Part shown: positions 17,300-27,611 of the stretch, one piece after another
Numbering within the stretch: the stretch's first letter is position 1
How the letters are laid out: each line of letters opens with the position of its first letter
NCBI GenBank assembly: GCA_963807905.1
Contig: CAWEEJ010000086.1
Span: forward strand, 3,327 to 67,326
DNA length: 64,000 bases
Source of the DNA: an uncultured Chloroflexia bacterium
Lineage (GTDB): Bacteria > Chloroflexota > Anaerolineae > Caldilineales > Caldilineaceae
Reading direction: 5' to 3'
Made by a program: the position numbers and the translations under genes
The notes under the pieces: model-generated
Seen by the model: the letters and a program-made list of their open reading frames with translations, nothing else
Told to the model about the DNA's origin: nothing
Database searches by the model: none

Positions 17300-19443
17300 C
17301 TAGCGGCAGGCGTCGCTTCCCGTCGGATAGAAGGTCACCGGCACCAAGGATTGATCAAGCGTTGCTCCGGTGGCGGCATCAATGGCGTAAGCGCTCAGGA
17401 AGCCGGACGTTTCGGCTTCGACTTCGGGGTTGAGACCCACAAAGAAGGGCGCATACTCGCCGCGCTCGCCGCCAGTGCCCGTGCCTTGGGCCAAAGTCTC
17501 GCCGCTGGCATCCAAGGCCGCGCCGATGACCTTGCCGCCCGACGTGCTTGAGTAGCCCAGAATCAGCGCGCGGCCACAGATTTTGTCGCCGGCCATGGGC
17601 GCGTTGACGTCGATAAACTGTTGACCCGGCAGCAGCAGGACCGATACGACCAACGGCTCAAACGAGCCATCGCCCGCCGTCACTTCGACCTGGGCCGGGG
17701 TCCGCTCACGGACGGTGAAGCGCAGGTAGGTGTCGCTAATATCTTCACCTGCCGCAAAGCTACGCTGGGCAAGCACGTCACCTACGTTGTCGACCAGGCG
17801 AACGTTGACGCTGGTCGCAACCATTTCTGACAGCCCATGGATGCTCACCGGGCTGTGAAAAGCGCCGCCTTCAAGCAGAGCCAGCAGGCGTGCACCCACT
17901 GGGGTGGCGTCAGCTTCGTCCGCGGCCTCTTCTTCAGCGGCAGGCGTTGCGGTGGCGGCTTCGTCCGCAGCCTCTTCCTCGGCGACAGGCGTCGCGGTAG
18001 CAGCTTCGTCGGCGGTCTCTTCTTCAGCCGCAGGCGTTGCGGTGGCGTCAGCTTCGTCCGCAGCCTCTTCCTCAGCGACAGGCGTTGCGGTGGCGTCAGC
18101 TTCGTCCGCAGCCTCTTCCTCAGCGACAGGCGTTGCGGTGGCGTCGGCTTCGTCCGCGGCCTCTTCTTCAGCGACAGGCGTTGCGGTGGCGTCAGCTTCG
18201 TCCGCGGCCTCTTCTTCAGCGACAGGCGTTGCGGTGGCGTCAGCTTCGTCCGCAGCCTCTTCCTCGGCGACAGGCGTTGCGGTGGCGTCAGCGTCGGCGG
18301 CAGCCTCTTCTTCAGCAACAGGCGTCGCAGTGGCGTCAGCTTCGTCGGCGGCCTCTTCTTCAGCGGCAGGCGTTGCGGTGGCGGCTTCGTCCGCGGCCTC
18401 TTCTTCGGCGGCAGGCGTTCGGTGGCGTCAGCTTCGTCGTCGGCCTCTTCTTCAGCGGCAGGCGTTGCGGTGGCGTCAGCTTCGTCCGCGGCCTCTTCTT
18501 CGGCGACAGGCGTCTCGGTGGCGCCAGCGTCCGCGGCCTCTTCCTCAGCGACAGGCGTTGCGGTGGCGTCGGCTTCGTCCGCAGCCTCTTCCTCGGCGAC
18601 AGGCGTTGCGGTGGCGTCAGCTTCGTCCGCAACCTCTTCCTCGGCGGCAGGCGTCTCAGTGGCGTCAGCTTCGTCCGCAACCTCTTCCTCGGCGGCAGGC
18701 GTATCAGTGGCGTCAGCGTCGGCGGCAGCCTCTTCTTCGGCGGCAGGCGTTGCGGTGGCGTCGGCTTCGTCCGCGGCCTCTTCTTCGGCAACAGGCGTTG
18801 CGGTGGCGCCAGCTTCGTCCGCAGCCTCTTCTTCAGCAACAGGCGTCTCGGTGGCGCCAGCTTCGTCCGCAGCCTCTTCTTCAGCAACAGGTGTCTCGGT
18901 GGCGGCTTCGTCCGCGGCCTCTTCTTCGGCAACCGGCGTTGCGGTGGCGGCTTCGTCAGCAGCCTCTTCCTCAGCAACCGGCGTTGCGGTGGCGTCGGCT
19001 TCGTCCGCGGCCTCTTCTTCGGCGGCAGGCGTTGCGGTGGCGTCGGCTTCGTCCGCGGCCTCTTCTTCAGCAACAGGCGTTGGCGTTGCTCTCTTTTGAT
19101 CTTGTGCGTGAGGCTTTTTGTCAGCGTTGCCCCTGTCGGCTTCAGGAGTCTCAACGATGGCTTGACCAGTTACGCGCAGCGCTTGACCTACGAAGATGAA
19201 GTCGTGGGCACTAAGATTGTTGAGCGTGCGCACTTCCTCGACGCTCATTCCGAACTTCGCCGCGATGCTTGCGACGCTGTCACCCGGTTCAACGATGTAG
19301 GTACAGCATGCCGCATCTTGCTCTTCCGCGGCCGGCGCAGCGCGCACCGCAGTTGCCTGCAGTGAGCCGGCGATCAGACTCGCGCAGAGGAGTAGGCCGG
19401 TCAGTAGTGTCAGCGCCCGGCGCTTGTCCGCCTTTTGGTTCAT
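17300..19443 (-). pseudogene. Secreted LysM protein with an acidic 16-aa repeat linker and a C-terminal beta-rich domain; 1-nt deletion inside the repeat array
   Basis: Signal peptide, then LysM (YIVEPGDSVASIAAKFGMSVEEVRTLNNL). Repeats ATPVAEEEAADEADAT continue until 18420, where GTTGCGG is GTT-CGG. Beyond that, the same repeat and the C-terminal domain (ORF 17300..17899) continue in the -1 frame. The span of 2144 nt is 3n+2. Confidence 0.75.
17903..19085. repeat. Tandem array of about 48-bp units (some 45 bp), roughly two dozen copies
   Basis: Near-identical units GGCGTCAGCTTCGTCCGCRGCCTCTTCYTCRGCRACAGGCGTTGCGGT on the plus strand. All six frames are open, which generates many spurious ORFs. 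Confidence 0.85.
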
Positions 19444-19832
19444 AGTGAGGCTCCTTCATGATCGATTGATTCACACATGGTTTGTTCGTGTCTCGAGTGG
19501 ATTGACAACTTGACGGATGAGCATCCCTTTGGCAGGCCGACTGAATAGAACAGCTGGCCGACCTATCAAACGGCTTGACGTGACACGGCAGAAACAACGC
19601 CACTGAGTGTATCATGCACCCTCTGATTCGACAACCGATTTCGCATTGCCATTGCAAGTCGCACTATGAGCAGGATAGACCGCGAATCTGCACGGCTGCA
19701 GCGGCTGACCGGGATCCCCCGTTCTGCTGCCGCCAGCGCTCGCGGCAGCGGCTTGTATGATAAAATGCAGACGATTGTACCCGATGCGCATCCCCGATGC
19801 ACATCATGACGCCACCGCTGGGAGGGGCTTCC

Positions 19833-20732
19833 ATGATGCTGAATACTTATGCCAGCGCCACTGACTTCTTGGCTGATACGGAGCCCGCGTTTCGTCGTGC
19901 GGAAGCTGCCAACGGCCTCATCTATGGGCTGGCCAAGATGCTGGAGGCCGCGCCTGACTACTATGGAGCGCCGCCTGTTCTGGCTACGGTTGCGGACGGC
20001 GGCGAGCTCATCGCCTCATGCTTGCGCACGCCGCCTTATGCCCTCGTGCTTCAGAGTACCAACCCGCTCGACGCCGATCCTCGCACGACGAGGGCCCTTG
20101 GCTTACTTGCCGAGCATTGTCGGGACACGGGGGCTGATTTGTCGGGCGTTAACGGACGCAGCGAAATCAGTGCCCGGTTTGCCGCCCTGTGGAGCGACTT
20201 AACGGGCGCGGCCTCGACGGTGCAGCGAGCCATGCGCGTATTTGAGCTTACGGCGGTCACCTGGCCGCCACGGCCCCAGGGACGTTTGCGGCAAGCAATC
20301 ATGGATGACTTACCGCTGGTCGCGCGGTGGATTCAGGCCTTTCATGTCGAGGCGTTGGGCGAAGACGTGGACAGTTCGCCCGTACCGGCCGAGGAAAATG
20401 CACGCCGGCGTATCGACGCCGGCGTAATCCAGCTGTGGGAGACTGATGCGCCTGTCTCAATGGTAGCAGGCGCCCGCGCTACGCCGCGTGGCAGGACGGT
20501 GAGCCTGGTCTACACGCCGCCGCAATGGCGCGGATATGGTTTTGCCAGCGCAGCGGTCGCCACCTACAGCGACCAACTGCTGCGCCAGGGCTATGACTTC
20601 TGCACCCTCTTCACCGACCTAGCCAATCCGACCTCGAACCATATCTATCAGGCCATTGGCTATCGTCCAGTCTGTGATTTCACCGAGTACCGGTTCAAGG
20701 ACGCCCAGAATCTGGGGACGCACACGGATTGA
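19833..20732 (+). CDS. GNAT-family N-acetyltransferase
   Basis: C-terminal acetyl-CoA-binding-like block QWRGYGFASAAVA..LFTDLANPTSNHIYQAIGYRPV. ATG at 19833 follows a GGGAGG RBS; the ORF is open from 19797. Confidence 0.7.
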   Translation: MMLNTYASATDFLADTEPAFRRAEAANGLIYGLAKMLEAAPDYYGAPPVLATVADGGELIASCLRTPPYALVLQSTNPLDADPRTTRALGLLAEHCRDTGADLSGVNGRSEISARFAALWSDLTGAASTVQRAMRVFELTAVTWPPRPQGRLRQAIMDDLPLVARWIQAFHVEALGEDVDSSPVPAEENARRRIDAGVIQLWETDAPVSMVAGARATPRGRTVSLVYTPPQWRGYGFASAAVATYSDQLLRQGYDFCTLFTDLANPTSNHIYQAIGYRPVCDFTEYRFKDAQNLGTHTD

Positions 20733-20895
20733 GCGGGTGGGAGCGAATCCGTCAAGAATCATAACGATTCCTGTGCCGACGAAGACTAAACAGAACGCGG
20801 ATTAGGCAGAATGGGCGGATCTACGCTGATTTTTTCTGACTCTATCAGCGCTGATTCGTCTAATCTACCTACTCCGCGTTCTATCTATCTGCACA

Positions 20896-23139
20896 CTATC
20901 TCTGGGTCTGGGCGTCGACCGTGGCCAGGGTGGCGACGTTGACAATGTCACGCACGTCGGCGCCGGTCTCCAAGACGTGGACGGGCTTGTTCATGCCGAC
21001 CAGGATCGGGCCAATGGCTTCTGCTCCACCGAGGCGGTTGAGCAGCTTGTAGGCTGCATTGGCCGATGCCAGGTCGGGGAAGACCAGCACATTGGCGTCT
21101 TCCACCTGACTGAAGGGATAGTGCTGGTGCATCAAGTCTGGCACGACGGCAACATCGGCCTGCATTTCGCCATCAATCTGCAGGTCGGGCCGCTGCTCTT
21201 TGACGATCTGGGTTGCGCGTTGCACCTTGGCCGCTTTTTCGTGCGCTACGCTGCCGAAGTTGGAGAAGCTGAGCATGGCCACGCGCGGTTCCATATCAAA
21301 GGTCTTGGCGAAGTCGGCGGCATTCATTGCGATGGCCGCCAACTGTTCCGCCGTCGGGTCAACGATGACGGTGGCGTCGGTGAAGATAAAGATGCGATCG
21401 TGCACCAGCATGAGATAGACGCCACTGACCCAGCGGCCTTCTTGCGCGCCCACGACTTGAAGCGCCGGCCGCAATACCTCAGGATAGTTGTACGTCAGCC
21501 CGGAAATAAATGCGTCGGCATCGCCCTGTTGCACCATCATCGGCCCGTAGAAATTGGCGTTGCGCATTGCGTCTAGCGCCCGTCGCGCCGTGATACCCTT
21601 GCGCTGGCGCTGGTTGTGGAAGGCCTCGCCATAGGCCGGGCGTTGCTCCGACTCATTGGGGTAGATGATCGTCGGCTCGAACTCCAGCGCCAGTTCCTGC
21701 AGGGTCGCTTCGATCTGTTCCGGCCGGCCCAGCAAGATCGGCTTGGCAATGCCCGCGCTCTCCAACGCATGGGCCGCACGCAGAATTTTGGGATGCTCGC
21801 CTTCCGCAAAGACTACGCGCTTGGGGTCGCGCTCCGCCTTGTGCTCCATGTGACGCATGACTTGGACGCCCTTGCCCTGGCGACCGGCCAACTGATCCTT
21901 GTACTCTTCCAGATCAATATCGATGCGGGCCACACCGCTCTCCATGGCTGCCTTGGCTACGGCCGGCGCCACCCACATCAGCACGCGCGGATCCAGCGGC
22001 TTGGGGATGATCGAATCGCGCCCGTAGCGCAGCGAGGTGAGGCCGTAGGCGCGGATCACGCTGTCGGGCACGTCTTCCTTGGCCAGCTCGGCCAGAGCCT
22101 TGGCGCAAGCAATCTTCATCTCCATGTTGATCGACTTGGCGCGCACATCGAGTGCACCGCGAAAGATGAAGGGGAAGCCAAGGACGTTGTTGACCTGGTT
22201 GGGGTAGTCACTGCGCCCCGTGCCGAAGATCACATCGCTGCGCGCCGCCTGGACCTCTTCAAATGTAATCTCAGGATCCGGATTGGCCATGGCAAAGATG
22301 ATGGGGTCGCGATTCATGCGGCGTACCATTTCGCGTGAAAGAATGTTAGCCACCGAGAGACCGATGAACACGTCCGAGCCTGACATGGCCTCGTCCAGCG
22401 TACGCTTGTCGGTCTCGCTGGCATAGGCTAGCTTGAACTCATTCATGCCGGCCGTGCGCCCAGCGTAAATCACGCCCTTCGAGTCGCACATGATGATGTT
22501 TTCTTTCCGCGCGCCGAGCGCACAGTAGAAGTCAGCGCACGCGATACCGGCAGCGCCGGCGCCATTGATCACGATGATGGTCTCAGCGATCTCCTTCTCC
22601 ACCAGCTCCAAGGCGTTGACCAAGCCGGCGCCCGAGATAATGGCCGTGCCATGCTGATCGTCGTGAAAGACAGGAATGTCGACCAGCTTCTGTAGCTCAC
22701 GCTCGATGTAGAAACATTCCGGCGCTTTGATATCCTCCAGGTTGATGCCCCCAAAGGTCGGTGCAATCATCTGTCCGAATTTGACGATCTCTTCCTGTTC
22801 GGCCGAGTCGACTTCAATATCAAAGACGTCGATATCGGCGAAGCGCTTGAAGAGTACCGCTTTGCCTTCCATCACCGGCTTGGATGCCAGAGCGCCCCGA
22901 TTGCCGAGCCCCAGAATGGCCGACCCATTGCTGATCACGGCAACCAGATTGCCTTTGGCCGTATATTCATACGCTGTGTCGGGCTGCTCGGCGATTTCGA
23001 GCACCGGATAGGCAACGCCCGGCGAGTAGGCCAGGGAGAGATCGCGTTGGGTTGCCATCGGCTTGGTTGCACTGATGCGCAACTTGCCCGGTCTGCCTAT
23101 ACGATGATAGTCAAGAGCGTCTTGTTTACTGATGGACAT
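20896..23139 (-). CDS. maeB: NADP-dependent malic enzyme (malic enzyme domain plus phosphotransacetylase-like domain)
   Basis: DALDYHR..GKL.ISATKP..TQRDLSLAYSPGVA, NGAGAAGIA, and a C-terminal PTA-like half. ATG at 23139 follows GGAGG; the ORF is open to 23232. Confidence 0.9.
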   Translation of the reverse strand: MSISKQDALDYHRIGRPGKLRISATKPMATQRDLSLAYSPGVAYPVLEIAEQPDTAYEYTAKGNLVAVISNGSAILGLGNRGALASKPVMEGKAVLFKRFADIDVFDIEVDSAEQEEIVKFGQMIAPTFGGINLEDIKAPECFYIERELQKLVDIPVFHDDQHGTAIISGAGLVNALELVEKEIAETIIVINGAGAAGIACADFYCALGARKENIIMCDSKGVIYAGRTAGMNEFKLAYASETDKRTLDEAMSGSDVFIGLSVANILSREMVRRMNRDPIIFAMANPDPEITFEEVQAARSDVIFGTGRSDYPNQVNNVLGFPFIFRGALDVRAKSINMEMKIACAKALAELAKEDVPDSVIRAYGLTSLRYGRDSIIPKPLDPRVLMWVAPAVAKAAMESGVARIDIDLEEYKDQLAGRQGKGVQVMRHMEHKAERDPKRVVFAEGEHPKILRAAHALESAGIAKPILLGRPEQIEATLQELALEFEPTIIYPNESEQRPAYGEAFHNQRQRKGITARRALDAMRNANFYGPMMVQQGDADAFISGLTYNYPEVLRPALQVVGAQEGRWVSGVYLMLVHDRIFIFTDATVIVDPTAEQLAAIAMNAADFAKTFDMEPRVAMLSFSNFGSVAHEKAAKVQRATQIVKEQRPDLQIDGEMQADVAVVPDLMHQHYPFSQVEDANVLVFPDLASANAAYKLLNRLGGAEAIGPILVGMNKPVHVLETGADVRDIVNVATLATVDAQTQR

Positions 23140-23432
23140 GAAATATGCCTCCTCTGGGCATTGGAATGAGCGTGTCACGCAGAGCCGCGTGCACGTAGAT
23201 CGCATACTCACATGGGGCGTGACGGGCGCCATGGCGTCCGTCCAACAGGAGCTGGCTGCTCAGCGGTCATTCAGTGTCTGGGAGCCAGGACGAATCGCCG
23301 CATGAAGTGGGGCGCCACTGGAGCAAGAACCCCCATTATACTTTGATGCGGCGCAATCGACATTGGTTACATGCGACGCCACTTTGTCGCTGTGCGTTTT
23401 CTTTCTGCCACCGCTATAATGACCCACCGGCG

Positions 23433-23467
23433 CAATCCACAATCCGCAATCCACAATCCGCAATCGG
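23433..23467 (+). repeat. Five tandem heptamers CAATCCA/CAATCCG/CAATCCA/CAATCCG/CAATCGG
   Basis: Read directly. Ends 2 nt before the P450 start codon. A TATAAT hexamer lies at 23415-23420. Confidence 0.9.
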
Positions 23468-23469
23468 AA

Positions 23470-24717
23470 ATGTCCACACCCAATCTCTTCGGCCCTGAAT
23501 TCAAATCCGACCCCTATCCGACCTATGCATGGATGCGCGAGCATGCGCCGGCCCACAGCCACACCAATCGGCGCGGCGTCACCACCTGGTACGTGACGCG
23601 CTATGATGATTGCCTAGCTGTGCTGCGCGACCACACGCGCTTCGTTAAGGATTATCGTAATACCCTCACGCCCGCGGAACGGGCAGCACTGCCGGCCATG
23701 CCCCCACTGCTGCATCTGCTCAGCGACCACATCCTCAACATGGATCTGCCCGATCACGCCCGTCTGCGTACATTGGTCAATGATGCATTCACGGTTGCCA
23801 TGGTGGAGCGCCTGGCCCCACGCGTTCAGGCCATTGCCGACGATCTGTTGGATCGCGTCGCCGGCAACGGCGAGATGGATCTGATTGAAGATTTCGCATT
23901 TCCTCTGCCGATCATCGTCATGGCCGAGTTGCTGGGCGTGCCGCCGGAAGACCGCACGCGCTTTCGCCGCTGGAGCAGCGCCATTGTTGCGCCGACGGCG
24001 GATGTGACGCGCACGCTGCGCAAGCTGGAGCGGTCGCGGCGCATCATGGAGGACTTCATTGCGTACCTGGGGGCCATCTGTGCAGAGCGCCGCGTCCATC
24101 CGCAGGACGACCTTATCTCCTCGCTGCTGCAGGTGGAAGCGGCAGGCGATCGGCTGAGCGAGGAAGAGCTCTTCAGCATGGTCCTGCTGCTCATCGTCGT
24201 GGGCCACGAAACGTCGGTCAATCTCATTGGCAACGGCATGCTGGCCTTGCTTCAGCATGAACATGCCCTGGCTCAGCTGCGCGAAGAGCCAACCATCATG
24301 CCGCTGGCCGTCGAAGAGCTGGTGCGCTTTGCCAATCCGGTCGAGCGTGCGCCCATGCGCTTTGCCGCCGAAACTGTTCAATTTCACGACTGTCAGATTC
24401 AGCGGGGCGACTCCGTCAGCGTCGTTTTGGCCGCCGCCAATCGCGACCCGTCCCAATTTGCCGCGCCGGACCGGCTCGACCTGACGCGGATGCCCAATCG
24501 CCATTTGGGTTTTGGCATGGGCATCCATTACTGTCTGGGCGCGCCCCTGGCCCGACTTGAGGGGCGCGTCGCGTTTGCCACGCTGCTGCGTCGCCTGCCG
24601 GGGCTACATCTCGCCGCCCCTGTCGAGTCATTCCGCTGGCATACGCATCCCATCATGCGCGGGTTGCACCATCTGCCTGTGATGTGGACGATGGCGGGTC
24701 GACAAATTCCACATTGA
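23470..24717 (+). CDS. Cytochrome P450
   Basis: Heme-binding FGMGIHYCLGAPLA, I-helix-like VVGHETS, ExxR (VEELVR). Start chosen at MSTPNLF...; the ORF is open from 23371. Confidence 0.85.
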   Translation: MSTPNLFGPEFKSDPYPTYAWMREHAPAHSHTNRRGVTTWYVTRYDDCLAVLRDHTRFVKDYRNTLTPAERAALPAMPPLLHLLSDHILNMDLPDHARLRTLVNDAFTVAMVERLAPRVQAIADDLLDRVAGNGEMDLIEDFAFPLPIIVMAELLGVPPEDRTRFRRWSSAIVAPTADVTRTLRKLERSRRIMEDFIAYLGAICAERRVHPQDDLISSLLQVEAAGDRLSEEELFSMVLLLIVVGHETSVNLIGNGMLALLQHEHALAQLREEPTIMPLAVEELVRFANPVERAPMRFAAETVQFHDCQIQRGDSVSVVLAAANRDPSQFAAPDRLDLTRMPNRHLGFGMGIHYCLGAPLARLEGRVAFATLLRRLPGLHLAAPVESFRWHTHPIMRGLHHLPVMWTMAGRQIPH

Positions 24718-24844
24718 CAATTCTCTGCGCCCGGTTGACAATGGGCCGGCAACCTCTGAAGATAATCAACGCGTCGCACAGCGAACCCCGAACTGCCTGC
24801 TCGCCGGCGCCAACCGCTCGTCTGAGCTAGAATCGCCCAATGAA

Positions 24845-26685
24845 ATGACCGCTCATCAGCTCCCCGTCGATAGTTTCGTCTTGTACAAACAGCGTCCGGC
24901 CCGGGTGATCGAGCCGGGCGTCAAGAAGATCACCATCCAAACTGAAAGCGGCGACCGCCAAAGCGTGCGTCCCAAGGACGTCATGCTGCTCCATCAAGGC
25001 CCCCTACGGGGATTTGGCGACTTGCGGTCTACAGGCGCCGGTGACGTCAATGCCGCCTGGGAACTGCTTGCCGGCGAGCGCACGACGCTGGAAGAGTTGG
25101 CTGAATTGGCTTTCGATACGTTCACGCCGGCCACGGCCTGGGCCATCTGGGAACTGGTTGAAGACGGGCTCTATTTTCAAGGCAATGAGCCTGGCACAAT
25201 CGAAGTGCAGAGTGAGGCAGCCGTAGCTGCTGTCCTGGCCGATCGCGCAGCCAAGGCGGTTGAGGAGGCGGCTTGGCAAGCCTTCGTCGACCGCATGGAG
25301 CGCGGCGAATTCCTGCCGGAAGATGAAGCGAATCTCAGCGACGTCGTCGAACTGGCGATGGGCACGCGCAGCAGCAGCCGTACCCTTAATCAGTTGGGGC
25401 GGCCAGAGACGCCTCAGGCTGCCCATGAGCTGCTGCTGCAGATTGGCTATTGGGGCGAGACGATCAACCCGTATCCGACGCGTTTTGGCCTCTCTCTTGC
25501 CCAGCCGGAGATGGCGTTGCCGTCGCTAGCAGATGAGGCGCGACGTGATCTCACCCATCTGGCGGCCTTTGCCATCGACGACGAGGGCAACACCGATCCA
25601 GACGATGCGCTCAGCTGGGATGGCGAGCGTCTGTGGGTGCATGTGGCTGATGTCGCCGCACTGGTTGCGCCGGAGAGCGAAGCCGAACTGGAGGCGCGGG
25701 CCCGGGGCGCTAATCTCTACCTGCCCGAGGGCACGGTCCACATGCTGCCGGAGGAAGCCACGGCGCAACTTGGCTTGGGGCTTCAAGAACACTCGCCCGC
25801 GCTCTCGTTTGGTCTCTTGATCGACGAAGCCGGGAACATTGCCGACACCGAGATTACGCCCAGTTGGGTGCAGGTGACGCGCCTGAGTTATGAGCAAGCC
25901 GACGACCTGCTCTATGAAGGGCCGCTCAACGAAATGCGTAAAGTCTTGTCCCGCTGCAGCGCGCGGCGCCTGGACAATGGTGCGATCGAGCTGACATTTC
26001 CCGAGGTGAAGGTACGCGTCGATGACGGGACCGTTGTTATTCGACCGATCGATCGCACGGCCAGTCGCGACTTGGTGCGCGAGGCAATGCTCATGGCCGG
26101 CGAGGCGGTGGCGCGCTATGCGCTGGCCCACGAGATTCCCGTCCCCTTTACAGTCCAGGACGCGCCCAACGTAGATGATCCCGCTTCGTTGCAGCAGAGC
26201 GAGACCCTGGCAGAGATGTACGCGGTGCGACGCTTGCTCAACCCCGGGCGCCAGGTGAGTGAACCGGGCCGTCACAGCGGTCTTGGCCTCGACCTCTATG
26301 TCCAGGTTACCAGTCCGCTGCGCCGCTACCATGATCTGCTCACCCATCAGCAGTTGCGCGCGATACTTGCGCGGCGACCCGCCGCTGGACTGCGGAGACA
26401 GTCATGCAGCGGACGACCGAGGCGCGTGAGATGGTGCGCAGCGTGCGCATGACCGAGCGTCTTTCCATCAATCACTGGCTTATGGTCTATTTGCTTCAGC
26501 ATCCGGACTGGCGCGGCCCGGCCATTGTGCTTAATCAACGCGGCGCCCGTACCATCATCACACTGCCCGACCTGGCGTACGAGACCGATATCTACGGGCA
26601 CAACGAATTTCACCCCGACGATGAGGTGAACGTAGCGCTGTCTCAGGTCGACCTGCCTGCCCCGGCGGCAACATTTCGCTTCTGA
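24845..26685 (+). pseudogene. RNB-domain exoribonuclease (RNase II/R family) with one frame break near the C-terminus (ORFs 24845..26452 and 26404..26685)
   Basis: RNB motifs (AFAIDDEGNTDPDDALS; VTSPLRRYHDLLTHQQLRA). After LRA the frame degenerates into Arg/Cys-rich text. The expected continuation ..AETVMQRTTEAREMVRSVRMTERLSINHWLMVYL is in frame 1. The span of 1841 nt is 3n+2. Confidence 0.75.
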
Positions 26686-26732
26686 TGCATCGTGTTGGAT
26701 TTTCATCGTTCATCAACAAGGAGAAACCAGAC

Positions 26733-27611
26733 GTGAATCACAATGGGCTGCAGACCCTCACGCCTGAGCAAGCGAACCATTTTGTCGAGAATGGCTATGT
26801 AGTCGTCAAGGGCTGTTTTAGCCGCGATTTCGCCCGCCAGTGGACGGATGAGGCTTATGCCCGCCTCGGCTACGCGCCCGATGACCCCGCCACCTGGGAA
26901 GAAGAGATCGTCTGGATGGACCGGCAAAACGTGGCGCCAGTCTGGGAGATTTCGCCCCACGCCTGGGGCGCGCTCTGTGACGTCGTCGGTGGGGCGGATC
27001 GTATTGAAGACAAGGTGATGGAGATTGAATCCAGTCACTTTACAACCATCAACGCACGCGAGTGGTCCGACGCATTCATCGTCAACTTTCGCCGCGGCGC
27101 GGATCAGCCCTGGGTCGCGCCCGCCCCGGAAGCTGGCGGCTGGCACAAGGATGGCAGTTTCTTCCGCCATTTTCTGGACAGCCGCGAACAGGCCCTGTTG
27201 ACCGTGGTCTACTGGTCGGATGTGGACCATCAGGGCGGCGGCACCTTCATCGCGCCCGATTCGGTCAAGATCGTCGCCCGCTATCTGGCCGATCACCCCG
27301 AGGGGGTCGAGCCAGGCGCGTTTGGTCAACTGATCGACCAGTGCCAGGAATTTGTGGAGGTAACCGGTGAGACGGGCGACTTCATCATCATGCATTCGTT
27401 CATGCTCCACGCCTCGTCCAACAATCATGCCGGCAAGGCCCGCTTTATGACCAACCCGCCGGTGGTGCTCAAAGAACCCCTCAATCTAAACCGCAGCGAC
27501 CCCGCCGATTTTTCGCTGCTCGAACGCGCCACGCTGCATGCCCTGGGCGTCGACCGCTACGACTTTCAACCGACCGCACCACGCGATGAAAAATGGATCG
27601 TGATTGGCTAG
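26733..27611 (+). CDS. Phytanoyl-CoA dioxygenase (PhyH)-like Fe(II)/2-oxoglutarate oxygenase
   Basis: LTPEQANHFVENGYVVVKG, WHKDG and a distal His (MHSFMLHASSNN). GTG at 26733 lies 7 nt after AAGGAG. Confidence 0.7.
   Translation: MNHNGLQTLTPEQANHFVENGYVVVKGCFSRDFARQWTDEAYARLGYAPDDPATWEEEIVWMDRQNVAPVWEISPHAWGALCDVVGGADRIEDKVMEIESSHFTTINAREWSDAFIVNFRRGADQPWVAPAPEAGGWHKDGSFFRHFLDSREQALLTVVYWSDVDHQGGGTFIAPDSVKIVARYLADHPEGVEPGAFGQLIDQCQEFVEVTGETGDFIIMHSFMLHASSNNHAGKARFMTNPPVVLKEPLNLNRSDPADFSLLERATLHALGVDRYDFQPTAPRDEKWIVIG

Noticed and set aside
17837-19365. Long plus-strand ORFs (420, 431 and 442 aa) and the minus-strand ORF 18360..19154, rich in Ser/Ala or Arg/Pro/Lys.
   Set aside because: They are alternative-frame and antisense readings of the 48-bp repeat array, which has no stops in any frame. 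Only the LysM-linked acidic frame connects to a signal peptide and folded domains.
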